A stretch of 47,902 nt of DNA from NCBI RefSeq assembly GCF_001194135.2, contig NC_068991.1, forward strand, positions 6,812,783-6,860,684. The letters run 5' to 3'. The notes beneath the pieces are model-generated. The model had not been told where the DNA came from. It was given only the letters and a program-made list of their open reading frames with translations, and did no database searches. Position numbers and translations under genes: made by a program. The stretch is from Octopus bimaculoides (taxonomy: Eukaryota). Positions within the stretch are counted from its first letter, which is position 1. Each line of letters starts with the position of its first letter. Positions 35,831 through 47,902 of this stretch are shown here, in pieces.

Positions 35831-35873
35831 TGACTCTTATTTATGTAGTCAGCAGAATTATTACGTGAGTCAC
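35831..35873 (-). promoter_or_regulatory. Candidate core promoter of the M4 protease gene (AP-1/bZIP site plus TATA-like CATAAATA)
   Basis: TGAGTCA (35866-35872) overlaps TTACGTGA (35861-35868); minus-strand CATAAATA at 35845-35838, about 80 nt upstream of the ATG. Confidence 0.35.
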
Positions 35874-37382
35874 TCACCCTCTCCGTAATCACGTTAGTTA
35901 CGACTTAACATTTGCTTAGAATTTGTTATATTGCTAAACGAACTAATTGCTTTCATTACATATATTAATAATAGCTTATTTCACTCTCCATCATTTCTAA
36001 TTTGCTACCTGACATTTAAGGTGAAGTAACAAGGTAATAGTTTATTTAATTATTTTTCTCATTAACTAGTATTTTTAAAACTACATAATCCAGTCAATAA
36101 AAATTGCAAGCAATCTTAATAGGTTACATTCTGGGTGACTAAATACTATAATAGCAATAATCAGTTTCATTTCTGTATTTGATTAGCAAGATTCTTTATG
36201 TGGTTTTGTGTGTTAAAATTGACTAATATAGATGTTTTCGATCTAGTTTGGATTATTTGCCATCAAATTTGAATTCTTTACAATCAAATTTGAATTTTTC
36301 AAAGTGACTTTGTAAGACAAGCTAAAACGCAGAAAACGGTCAACAGGGCATGCACTGAAGTGTTGCAAACGGTAGAAAGTAGGAGTCTTCATCCTCGAAA
36401 GAATATTCGATGACCACAAATCGATTCGAAACTAGTTTCTCGAAATTGGTGCTCAAGCCTTGGGGAAAGAAAAAGAGTTAAACTACATCAGCCATAAGGG
36501 AATACATGTCTATCTTATCTAACTCGTCCAGTAGAGCCCACTGTTACTTGAACTTCGAATTGCTATTAGTAATAGTATTATGCAAAAGTAATGCTCATAA
36601 GTTCTTGATAGCTGCAGAGTTTTCATTCGAAAGCTTTCTATTCGAACATTACCCAAGAGGGACCTTAAAAGAACCCCCTTTTCCCTCCTTCATTGAAGAA
36701 TGGAAAAAAAGTCAAACACAGCAGGTGGATGTGTGAAAACCGAAATTTGNNNNNNNNNNNNNNNNNNNNNNNNNNNNNNNNNNNNNNNNNNNNNNNNNNN
36801 NNNNNNNNNNNNNNNNNNNNNNNNNNNNNNNNNNNNNNNNNNNNNNNNNNNNNNNNNNNNNNNNNNNNNNNNNNNNNNNNNNNNNNNNNNNNNNNNNNNN
36901 NNNNNNNNNNNNNNNNNNNNNNNNNNNNNNNNNNNNNNNNNNNNNNNNNNNNNNNNNNNNNNNNNNNNNNNNNNNNNNNNNNNNNNNNNNNNNNNNNNNN
37001 NNNNNNNNNNNNNNNNNNNNNNNNNNNNNNNNNNNNNNNNNNNNNNNNNNNNNNNNNNNNNNNNNNNNNNNNNNNNNNNNNNNNNNNNNNNNNNNNNNNN
37101 NNNNNNNNNNNNNNNNNNNNNNNNNNNNNNNNNNNNNNNNNNNNNNNNNNNNNNNNNNNNNNNNNNNNNNNNNNNNNNNNNNNNNNNNNNNNNNNNNNNN
37201 NNNNNNNNNNNNNNNNNNNNNNNNNNNNNNNNNNNNNNNNNNNNNNNNNNNNNNNNNNNNNNNNNNNNNNNNNNNNNNNNNNNNNNNNNNNNNNNNNNNN
37301 NNNNNNNNNNNNNNNNNNNNNNNNNNNNNNNNNNNNNNNNNNNNNNNNNNNNNNNNNNNNNNNNNNNNNNNNNNNNNNNNNN

Positions 37383-37670
37383 GGTGTTGCTGTATTTACG
37401 TCCCCGTAACTTAGTGACTAAACGGTTCGGCAAAAGGCACCAGATAAAATAAGTACGAGGGTTTAGAAATATAAGAAGTACCGGGGTCGATTCGTTCGGC
37501 TAAAATTCTTCAAGGTGGTGCCCCAGCATGGCCGCAGTCTAATGACTGAAACAAGTAAAAGAAAGATAAAAGATACACACGACGGGCTTCAACACAGTTT
37601 CCGTCAACCAAATTCACTCGCGAGGCATTGATCGGGCAGAGCCATAGTAGAAAACACTTGCTCAAGGGAC
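37383..37670. mobile_element. Family B SINE 3' half (+) abutting a family B 5' piece (-)
   Basis: TTTACGTCCCCGTAACTTAG...GACTGAAACAAGTAAAAG, then ACGACGGGCTTC..GTTTCCGTC..CCAAATTCACTC. Confidence 0.8.
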
Positions 37671-37829
37671 CCAAATATTTAGTTTTTCTCGGGGTTGTTT
37701 TGTTATTAATTAACCCTAAGTCAGCCCCTGATCTTGCAAACTTTTACTCAAATGTGTTCCAACCATGACTATCCGGTAAATACCGGAAACAACATTGTTC
37801 AATGAGTTTTATTTGTTTAAGACTGTATC

Positions 37830-38050
37830 TATGTCTTTATTGCCCACAGGAGGCTAAACACAGAGGGGACAAACAAGCACAGACAAAGGGATTAAGTGAT
37901 CCCAGTGCATAACTGGTACTTATTTAATCGACCCCGAAAGGATGAAAGGCAAAGTCGACCTCAGCGGAATTTGATCTCGGAACGTAAAGACATGAAACAC
38001 GGTTAAGCATTTCGCCCGGCGTGCTAACCATTCTGCCAACTCGCTGCCTT
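37830..38050 (-). mobile_element. SINE family A, third tail variant, with an 18-bp target-site duplication
   Basis: Flanked by TTTGTTTAAGACTGTATC (37812-37829) and TTTGTTTAAGACGGTATC (38050-38067). Confidence 0.85.
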
Positions 38051-38856
38051 TTGTTTAAGACGGTATCACATCCTTGATTCGGTGGAGAATTGGCTGCGGT
38101 TTCAATCGCTTTGTTTGGCATTATTCGCCATGTTAGTTACTTTGTAGTATTTATCTTATTTTATTGGCTCCTCTGACGTCAATGCAGTTCATATCTGGGT
38201 GCAAATATCGCCTTGGCTTTCCATTTTATTAGAATCAATAAAGTTCCTGTAATATACCACAACCGAGCAGCCTATCTGGAAGTCTTGTGTTGCTTTTGTA
38301 GTTGTTGTTGCTACTGCTACTGTTGTTGTTGGTGGTGGTGGTGTTGTAACAAGAAGGAACGTTGAACCATTCATTTCTGCTTTACTAATTTCCAAATATA
38401 CAACTCTTCTGTGTCTACATACATTCACACACGCGTATAAACGTACATACACACACATGCATGCAAACACACACATAGATTTGTGCACATGCATACGTGC
38501 GTGAATGTATGTATGTATGTGTGTATGTATGTCATTATTCAGCTTTATCTCACGATTACTTGCCAATAGAGAAAGAACCGGTTTCTAACCTAGATCCAAG
38601 GGTCCTTCATTGGAATTTCAACATCAACAGAGTATGTATGTATGTATGCATGTATGTATGTATGTATGTATGTATGTATGTATGTATGCATACATGCAGA
38701 TATATATGTTTTGTTTTACGTATGTCTTCTCATGCATACACTTGATGTATCTAGACATGTTCATATATACTTAAAGGATAAACTTCTGGAAAGTTTTACA
38801 GATTTTTACAGTTCCAGTGATGGTCTGGATCTGAAGTCTTCGAATTAGCTTTCTCT

Positions 38857-38990
38857 ATTCTGGCTTTGAGAAGCCTAATTTCTCAAGATTGGTATTTAGG
38901 TAGTGTGTTACATATTTTATGCATGCATAAAATATGTAACACACTACCTAAATACCAATCTTGAGAAATTAGGCTTCTCAAAGCCAGAAT
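38857..38990. repeat. Perfect 134-bp palindrome (67-bp arms, no spacer) ending at an assembly gap
   Basis: 38857-38923 is the exact reverse complement of 38924-38990, centred on TATGCA|TGCATA. Confidence 0.95.
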
Positions 38991-39652
38991 NNNNNNNNNN
39001 NNNNNNNNNNNNNNNNNNNNNNNNNNNNNNNNNNNNNNNNNNNNNNNNNNNNNNNNNNNNNNNNNNNNNNNNNNNNNNNNNNNNNNNNNNNNNNNNNNNN
39101 NNNNNNNNNNNNNNNNNNNNNNNNNNNNNNNNNNNNNNNNNNNNNNNNNNNNNNNNNNNNNNNNNNNNNNNNNNNNNNNNNNNNNNNNNNNNNNNNNNNN
39201 NNNNNNNNNNNNNNNNNNNNNNNNNNNNNNNNNNNNNNNNNNNNNNNNNNNNNNNNNNNNNNNNNNNNNNNNNNNNNNNNNNNNNNNNNNNNNNNNNNNN
39301 NNNNNNNNNNNNNNNNNNNNNNNNNNNNNNNNNNNNNNNNNNNNNNNNNNNNNNNNNNNNNNNNNNNNNNNNNNNNNNNNNNNNNNNNNNNNNNNNNNNN
39401 NNNNNNNNNNNNNNNNNNNNNNNNNNNNNNNNNNNNNNNNNNNNNNNNNNNNNNNNNNNNNNNNNNNNNNNNNNNNNNNNNNNNNNNNNNNNNNNNNNNN
39501 NNNNNNNNNNNNNNNNNNNNNNNNNNNNNNNNNNNNNNNNNNNNNNNNNNNNNNNNNNNNNNNNNNNNNNNNNNNNNNNNNNNNNNNNNNNNNNNNNNNN
39601 NNNNNNNNNNNNNNNNNNNNNNNNNNNNNNNNNNNNNNNNNNNNNNNNNNNN

Positions 39653-39685
<33 letters not shown>

Positions 39686-40449
39686 ACATAGGCATGTCTG
39701 AAGCATTCTAATTAAAAACATTTCTTCCTAGACTGATCCCACAACCTCAAAAATAAAAAGCTTACACGTCTAAGAAATATTCTTGATGTTCCTTTTGTCT
39801 TTGGTAATTTTAAACGCAAACAAAAAGCAGCAGAAATTACGAAGTCTGAACGAAAGGTTCCAAGATCTCATAGAATCGAATTTGTATTATAAAAATAATC
39901 GAAACTCAATCGAACCATCGAATATTTTGATATTACAAGTGATTGAACTACAAGAGTATGGGAATATTAAATAGTAACAATGGGTAACAAGTCATGTTGA
40001 GGAATTAGAAGGGAAAAGGGGCCACGATGAAGCTTAATCAACATCTTAGTATGAAAGAGGAAGGAAGACAGAGATATGGGGGTAAGAAGTAGGAGAATGA
40101 GAGGGGACAGAGAGCGGAAGATGAGAAGGGAAAAGAAAAGGAATATGATTAATTAATTATTTCGGTTTAAAACGAAGATGAGTCTATAACATGCTGTTAG
40201 TCACTCACATTCCAGTTAGTTTTGAACTAAATATTAACAACCACAAACAGGTCAAGTTGACATTTTCAAAATGGATGCTTCAGTTGGCGAGAAGTGAAGA
40301 AAGGTGTATAGAGAGAACGGAAACAAAATAAAGAACAAAGCGAAAGAAAGAGAAAAGAGCGAGAGAGAAAGTGGGGAGAGAGAAAGTGGGGAGAGAGAGA
40401 TGTATACAAATATGATGAGCATAGCTCATGTCATTCAGATAACTTGCAG

Positions 40450-40922
40450 TATTAGTAACCTCACAAGGGCGGCGAGCTGGCAGAAACGTTAGCATGCCGG
40501 ACGAAATGCTTAGCGATATTTCGTCTGCCGTTACGTTCTGAGTTCAAATTCCGCCGAGGTCGACTTTGCCTTTCATCCTTTCGGGGTCGATAAATTAAGT
40601 ACCAGTTGCGTACTGGGGTCGATCTAATCGACTGTCCCTTTCCCCCAAAACTTCAGGCCTTGTGCCTAGACTAGAAGAATATTAGTAACCTCACAAGGGC
40701 GGCGAGCTGGTGGAATCGTTAGCACATCGGTCAAAATGCTTAGTAGCAGTTCGTCCGTCTTCAAGTTCTGAGTTCAAATTCCACCGAGGTCGACTTTGCA
40801 TTTCCTTTCGAGGTCAATAAAATAAGTACCAGTCTAACACTGGGGTCGATGTAATCAACTTATCCTTTTCCCCAAAACTGCTGGCCTTGTGCCAAATTTT
40901 GAAATCAATATTAGTAACCTCA
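40450..40922 (+). mobile_element. Two head-to-tail family A SINEs with a triplicated 14-bp flank
   Basis: TATTAGTAACCTCA at 40450, 40680 and 40909; the two copies carry different tail variants. Confidence 0.9.
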
Positions 40923-41650
40923 TAGAAGAAGCGGAATTGTCTTTGTAACCAAACGTTAGAGACAACTGGAACAATTTGAATATGGTGGCACAGAATAAAG
41001 GAATACTTGACTGTAAAATATTGCTCCGACTGGCTTTAGCTTACAGTTGTTGCTAGACATCTACGACATGGTACCTATTTACGTATAAGTAGACAGAGCA
41101 TTTAAGTATCAGTGAAAATATGCAAACCGTTGACTTTACTGTTGCCAGACCGATCGACCGGCAGCGCTTTGACACAATATGCAGCAACATTTGCTTGTAT
41201 ATGCGCATATATATATATATATATACATTCGTGTGTGTGTGTGTGTGTTGTAAGCCAGCATATGAATATGCGCACACAACTATCTTTCTACACGGTTATA
41301 AAGAAATAAATAATTCATGTAGACTAACTAACTTCTTTTTTGATATCAATGCCATTCATTTCATTAATCATCCGTCAATGAATCGCAATTCTTGCCAATA
41401 TATGAACGATATACACCACTGATCTGTTATAGCTCTGGTAGAATATTTAATTAGAGTGATGACGTAAATAAACGACTGCTTACGCGTGAGCGTTGTAGAA
41501 GAAACGAGTAAGTTAATGACGAATCCAATTCCAAGGTTAAACACATTCATTTCATTTGCACCGCAAATGCCATTGGCAAAGGCATGGATGGATGTGTTAT
41601 AACATCGTTTCCATATCTTTAAAATGCGTAACCTTGTAAAGGATAGGATA

Positions 41651-41818
41651 AAATTCCTTCGTGAGTCATATAGGTTCTTTAGGCCCAGTTTTCCGGTTTC
41701 CATGGCATCTATATTCTCTCCCACCTGATGGTCAGTTGCAGGATTATTCATTTCTGCCAGCTGAGTGGACTGAAGCAACGTGAAATGAAGTGTCTTGCTC
41801 AAGAATACAACGCGATGT
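41651..41818 (-). mobile_element. SINE family F fragment
   Basis: CCAGCTGAGTGGACTGAAGCAACGTGAAATGAAGTGTCTTGCTCAAG plus GCAGGATTA..., as at 29771-29951. Confidence 0.7.
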
Positions 41819-42336
41819 ATAGCCTTATACCAGTAGCTTCCAACCTTTTCACTACCACGGACCCCTTTTATTTAAATGAGTTTCCTACGGACCCCGGGAT
41901 ATTGAAAGGTCTGTCAGCATTAAATAAGTAAATAAGTAAATAATAGCAACAACAATAACAACAAAGGTTGCTTCTGTTTCGGTGATTCATTCAAATGTAC
42001 AGATCAAGCGACTTCGATTACAGTCAGTGACATTGCTAGGTCAATAATATTTTTTTAAATAGTCTATCTTGAGAAAAGTATGTCAGTAGGTTTTCGTGAA
42101 ACATCGATTTGTAACGTAAGTACAAGATAACTAACTACATGTGGGTGGGTGATATTGTCGAGTTACATCGATCCAGCGCTTTACTGGTACCCTAATTCAT
42201 TAATTTACCTCGCAAGATCTTTGATCCCTGCTGGGCATTTTGACTACCGTTCTACCGATTCTGACAATTCACCGCCATAAGGTTGTCTTCTAGTTGCTTT
42301 GAAACCTCCACCATCACCACCATCATCCTTACAAGA

Positions 42337-43324
42337 TTATTCTTCGAATCTGCCTTCAACTTCGATAACTGCTTTAATGCGGGCCCAGAAGTGTAGACAT
42401 GCCTGTGCTAAATGGTCCTTTTATATTTTGGGCACCACCCAGACAATAACGGCCTTGAGTAAAGCTATGGTGTTGTAAAGGATGTTGATTAGTCTCCCTT
42501 CCAACGATGCTCCAAATAGAGTTGTCCACGTCATTTAAATCTGGCAAGTTTGGAGGCCACAAGTTCGATATTACATGGATTATATAGATTGTCTGACATC
42601 TAATCAATGGATTATGTGAGCTTTGTGAGAACGTACTGAGCCTTGTTGAACCACGTATGGCCTTCTACTGCATATTTCATCCATTCAGAGTTTAACAACT
42701 GTCTCCAACACCTCAGTGTATCCAGCAGCATTAGTTTTATGACCCTGTGGAAAGATGTGAGGTGGCATGATGTATGAACTTCATTACACCCTACACCTAA
42801 AACCAACACAGTGGCTGGAAACTCAGTGGGCATCACTCTGGGGACATCAGAAGGAGCTCTCCTTTAGACTTTTGATCTTGGTCGAAGATTTTCTCATCAG
42901 AGCAAAATCCCAAGTATGCTATGACTGTGAGGCTTTTTAACTCTATTAAGTAACCACTTGGTACCGAAAAAAATGGATTTCTTGTACTTGTTCAAATATG
43001 AATTGGTCCCTTCTCAGTACAATACGACTTGTATCACAATTCTGATAGTACGCTCCGACACTTACAGTTCTTTGGTGATGGCCCTCATTAATTTTCCAGG
43101 ATCATCATTGATGTTTTAAACTTGTTGGATGAACTATAGTGGCCTTATAATGTCCGAACGTTTAGAATTCTTTTTTTTTTTTGTTCTGTCTTTCATACAG
43201 TTGAAACACTCCTGTCAGAAGCTTCCAATACCATCCGAACCTTGTATCTTGCTACATTTAGAAACTTGGTAATTTCTAAATTGTGTTCCTCACACATGGC
43301 AACAATGACTGTATGTCTTTTCAT
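42337..43324 (-). pseudogene. Tc1/mariner-superfamily (maT/DD37D-like) transposase fossil
   Basis: Broken minus-strand frames: MKRHTVIVA..EITKFLNVAR (HTH), SDEKIFDQDQK, FPATVLVLGV, RPYVVQQGS (second D lost), WPPNLPDLNDVDNSIW, RIKAVIEVEGRFEE*. Confidence 0.85.
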
Positions 43325-43883
43325 TTCTTGAGTTAGGATTTTATATACCATTAGCAATCTGAAAGAAATAAAAAGATTATTTGTTTTGAAGAGAGTAATA
43401 TACTGATAGTTATGTGTCCTCGAATAGCTCTCGTACTCTGTATAATAACGAAAATTGAATGACATTTCGAGTGGTACACCGAGTCATATTTAAAAATTGT
43501 TCACCATAATCCGTCAGAAAGTATCTTCTGTGACATATCTCCATGACGTGTGAGCTCATGACTCGATATCTCAGACAGAAAAACGATGAACTTTATCATT
43601 TAATGTAACTGATATTGTTTTCAATTTTAAATATCAACTTTGATTCACGCCTTTGTAACAATGTTGCTGTTTTGTGTTTTGTTTTTAATTCTATCTAAAA
43701 TTAGTCGGGAGCGGATTAACAGAAACGTGAAAGCGTCGAACAAAATGTCTGCGATATCAAGTTACGGTCCTTTTACATTCTGAGTTCAAATCCCGTAAAG
43801 GTCAGCTTATCCTCTCATTTTTCCGGATCTGTAATAATAAACCATCAGTCTCCATACTGGAGTCATTTAAGATAAAGACCGCT

Positions 43884-44257
43884 AAGGCGGCGAGATAGCA
43901 GAATCGTTAGCACGCCGCCCAAGCTGCTTAACGGCAATTCGTCCGTCTTCGCGTTCTGTGTTTAAAACAAAATCCTTTTATATTTTTCCAATTAAATATT
44001 CTTTTCTACTCTAGGCACAAGGCCCGAAATTTTGTGAGAGAGAGGTGCGTCGAATAGATCGACCCCAGTACGCAAATGGCACTTAATTCATCGACCCTGA
44101 AAGGATGAAAGGCAAAGTCGACCTAGGCGTAATTTGAACTCAGAACATAAAGACAGATGAAATACCGCTAAGCATTTCGCCCGGTGTGCTAACGTTTCTG
44201 CAAGCTCGACTGCAGCATGGCCGCAGTTCGATGACTGAAACAACTAAATGATAAAAG
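43884..44257. mobile_element. Family A head (+, 43884-43960), full family A (-, 44000-44208) and family B tail (+, 44213-44257)
   Basis: Consensus family motifs as above. Confidence 0.8.
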
Positions 44258-44514
44258 GGGAAAAATATCCCAGGGACCCTTTTCTCCTCTCCCTAGTATC
44301 TCGGTTCGCCGCGAAACTCTTGAGGAGCGTGTGGGTGTTTGTATGTGCGCGTGTTTGAGTGTGTATGTTTGTGTGTATGTGTGTGCTTGTGTGTGTATGT
44401 GTGCTTGTGTGTGTATGTGTGTTTGTGTGTGTATGCGTGTGTGTGTGTGCGTGTGCGCGTATGTATGTGTATATGTATGTGTATATGTGTTTGTTCGTGT
44501 GTGTATGTGTGTGT

Positions 44515-44574
<60 letters not shown>

Positions 44575-45691
44575 CACATCTCACACCAATCTGACAAGTT
44601 CGTTAATAAATGACACAAAAAACGTTTCTTTCCTATCTAATGCAAAATGATTAATGAAATGACGGTGAAAGAAGCTAATTTACAACTATTGCAACAAACA
44701 AACAAACAAAAACTGTTGCTTGCACTTCTTCTTTTTTTTTTTTTTGTTATGTTGATGGTAAAAAAATATATAGCTTTAAAATAGTCGCCTATAAAGTGTT
44801 GGTATATTGATTGGTTTCGGCATTCCGCAAACATGCTATTGTCCAGCGATTGATATTAAAAGCGTTTTAGCTTTATTAACCCACCACACCACATCAAACC
44901 CGGTACGCACCTATTATCTCCCTTTTTTTATAGCCTCTCTTCTGTTTTACCCTCATTCTGCTTCTCGTCTGTCAGTTTGTCTCATTGTCTGTCTCTCTAT
45001 CTGTCTCTTCCTCTTCCTCTCTCTCTCTCAGTCCATCTCTTTGCTTATCTCTGTCTCTCTTTCCCTCACTCTTGGTTTTTATCTTATCGACTCCCTTCAA
45101 TTCTACACACTTATTTATCTGTGATTGCCAAAAACACACACACACAATCTATAAGCAAGAGGATGAGACTAATAATGGCTATGATAAGTTTCACCTATTT
45201 TACCCAATTTACGTATTTGGTAGGAGCGGTGGAAAGTTGATCAATAACATTAGTTTGGTCTTAATGCCAGGTGTTATAGAAGTGGTAGAAGGAGGCATTC
45301 TCTGGAGAGAAATAAACAGTTAACTGCTTCAACAATTGTAAGCCGAAAACAAGCTGGCCATTAATAGCCATTTACAACGCCACTGCTTCAATTAACAGAA
45401 GAATGCTCCAATATATTATTTATTTATTTATCAACATCCTTCACCGAAAACACAAACATTTTGAGATGATACGTGCCAACGGGACCAGCTAATAATAGCA
45501 CCAAATTTCCTAGAATCACGCCATACTGTTTTATCATAAAAAATAGGAAGAACACATTCATCAGTGTGTTATTTTAGATATACAGAGATGGTGGGGTGGT
45601 CGTGATTGGAATGCTCTGTTCAGTCAGGACTCGACTACGCGAGACCTGCTAAAAATAGCATCAAATTTCCGTATATATTACACCCTACTGC

Positions 45692-46000
45692 AGTGGTTTT
45701 CAACCGCAGCTCCCAGAACTGCGAACCTCTAGCATCTTCTCGGCGGCCCACGACAGTTTTCCTTCTATAAATATAATACATTTTTCTTAAATTGATTGTG
45801 TTTTACATTTCTTTTGGTACGGCCCCCTAAAAAAATCCAAGTTTTGGATCTTTTCTGGACAGTGGCGGCCCGTGGATAAAATTAGTGGGGGAGCTGCTTT
45901 AGAAAATTTTTAGCCATTGTTTTAATATTGTGTAAAAGGAAACAAACATATAAAATGAAAATTTATACATAAACTTGATCGGTTCGCGTTTTAGCCACTG
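45692..46000. mobile_element. hAT-type MITE remnant (similar single termini at 25359 and 41831)
   Basis: CAGTGGTTTTCAACC terminus with a partial right end AGCCACTG; also CAGTGGTTCTAAACCGGGG at 25359 and CAGTAGCTTCCAACCTTTT..CACGGACCCC at 41831. Confidence 0.45.
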
Positions 46001-47118
46001 CTGAGTAGTGTGTTTAATTTGTTCACTGAACATCACCGCGAATTCCCCCTTCTTTTTCAAAAATCCCCCTTAAATTACAAAATAAGGGGGAGGGGGAATC
46101 TGTCCTATTTTTCAGATCCTGGCAGCAACACTGAAGCTGGAAACGGGATAATAATCTAATTCTACACTTTATCACATTCAAGAATATAAACATGTTTTAA
46201 GCACAACACAAGCGGAGTCAANNNNNNNNNNNNNNNNNNNNNNNNNNNNNNNNNNNNNNNNNNNNNNNNNNNNNNNNNNNNNNNNNNNNNNNNNNNNNNN
46301 NNNNNNNNNNNNNNNNNNNNNNNNNNNNNNNNNNNNNNNNNNNNNNNNNNNNNNNNNNNNNNNNNNNNNNNNNNNNNNNNNNNNNNNNNNNNNNNNNNNN
46401 NNNNNNNNNNNNNNNNNNNNNNNNNNNNNNNNNNNNNNNNNNNNNNNNNNNNNNNNNNNNNNNNNNNNNNNNNNNNNNNNNNNNNNNNNNNNNNNNNNNN
46501 NNNNNNNNNNNNNNNNNNNNNNNNNNNNNNNNNNNNNNNNNNNNNNNNNNNNNNNNNNNNNNNNNNNNNNNNNNNNNNNNNNNNNNNNNNNNNNNNNNNN
46601 NNNNNNNNNNNNNNNNNNNNNNNNNNNNNNNNNNNNNNNNNNNNNNNNNNNNNNNNNNNNNNNNNNNNNNNNNNNNNNNNNNNNNNNNNNNNNNNNNNNN
46701 NNNNNNNNNNNNNNNNNNNNNNNNNNNNNNNNNNNNNNNNNNNNNNNNNNNNNNNNNNNNNNNNNNNNNNNNNNNNNNNNNNNNNNNNNNNNNNNNNNNN
46801 NNNNNNNNNNNNNNNNNNNNNNNNNNNNNNNNNNNNNNNNNNNNNNNNNNNNNNNNNNNNNNNNNNNNNNNNNNNNNNNNNNNNNNNNNNNNNNNNNNNN
46901 NNNNNNNNNNNNNNNNNNNNNNNNNNNNNNNNNNNNNNNNNNNNNNNNNNNNNNNNNNNNNNNNNNNNNNNNNNNNNNNNNNNNNNNNNNNNNNNNNNNN
47001 NNNNNNGTAATAATACATTAGGCAGCTAATGATGCCCTTGTTGTCGGTGAATCTTTTATATCTTGTGTTCTCATTGCACCAAGCTCTCCTTCATTCTTGT
47101 AAAGGTGAACATGTTAAC

Positions 47119-47400
47119 GAGTTCTTCGCTCATAATCGTAAGGTCGTGAGTTCAATTCCCGGCAATGCGTTGTGTCCTTGAGTAAGACACTTTATTTCAC
47201 GCTGGCAAAAACGTGTAGTACCTGTATTTCAAAGGGCCAGCCTTGTCACACTCTGTCTCACACTGAATCTCCCTGAGAACTACGTTAAGGGTACACGTGT
47301 ATGTGGAGTGCTCAGCCATTTGCACGTTAATTTCACGAGCAGGCTGTTCCGTTGACCGGATCAACTGGAACCCTCGACGTCGTAACCGACGGAGTACTCC
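47119..47400 (+). mobile_element. SINE family C
   Basis: GTGAGTTCAATTCCCGG (B box), GTGTCCTTGAGTAAGACACTTTATTTCAC, full shared tail ending GTAACCGACGGAG. Confidence 0.9.
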
Positions 47401-47472
47401 TATACATTAATACTACTTTCATATTTTGATACAAGACCAGCAATTTCGTGAGTGTGTGTGTGTGTTTGTATG

Positions 47473-47505
<33 letters not shown>

Positions 47506-47559
47506 ATAAATAGATAGATAACAAATACAAATAAACAACAATCATGTGGGTATGTATAC

Positions 47560-47596
<37 letters not shown>

Positions 47597-47616
47597 GATA
47601 TATATATATATATATA

Positions 47617-47902
47617 AAGACTTTCCGTATTCCCGAGCGTCATACTAATACATCCTTTTGTTATTTACACCACCTGTCCTTGTCTGTTGTTGTTTTTTCG
47701 TATATTCTCCCACATATAATACACGCTCACGTGGTCGCACCAGCTAATCCTGTCTCCTCTCATCACACGAACTTTTGGATACCCTCCGGCTGCACCTCTC
47801 CTACCCACGGATTACACTGGACCCATCTTCTGATTGGAAATCGCTTCAATATACCACGACGTCTAAAAAACTTTTGAACTTTTGAACTTTTCCACTTTTG
47901 TA
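47617..47902 (+). mobile_element. Penelope-like-type repeat, truncated by the window end
   Basis: CCCGAGCGTC...TGTCC..GTCTGTTGTTG and TTGAACTTTT motifs shared with 12267-12470 and 18540-18800; preceded by (TA)n. Confidence 0.5.

Noticed and set aside
36406-36440. CGATGA...CGAAACTAG hammerhead-like string
   Set aside because: Core and stem II pairing are too degenerate.

Overview
This is AT-rich, microsatellite-dense animal DNA with 16 assembly gaps. Its SINE, LINE and Penelope-type repeats resemble those of octopod cephalopods (inference: probably Octopus). Most of the window is repeat-derived: at least four tRNA-derived SINE families, an R4/Dong-type LINE fragment, an RTE LINE fragment, mariner, maT and hAT-type DNA transposon remnants, Penelope-like repeats with hammerhead-like motifs, and many simple repeats. 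Only one protein-coding gene is well supported. It lies on the minus strand and encodes a secreted M4-family (thermolysin/LasB/vibriolysin-type) zinc metalloprotease, a family typical of bacteria. The ORF track misses its true start. I reconstruct two coding exons: exon 1 at 35762-35714 (Kozak-like GCAACCATG, MRNLLVIFYSWQLLFG, donor A|GTAAGT) and exon 2 at 32942-31030 (acceptor TTTAG|GT). They are joined by a 2,771-nt phase-1 intron, giving a 653-aa prepro-enzyme. The zinc, catalytic, Ca2+ and disulfide residues are retained, followed by a PPC-like C-terminal domain and an acidic tail. The gene sits on one ungapped contig (28718-36749) among host repeats, and its intron contains a host LINE and SINE. 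This points to a domesticated, horizontally acquired bacterial protease rather than contamination.
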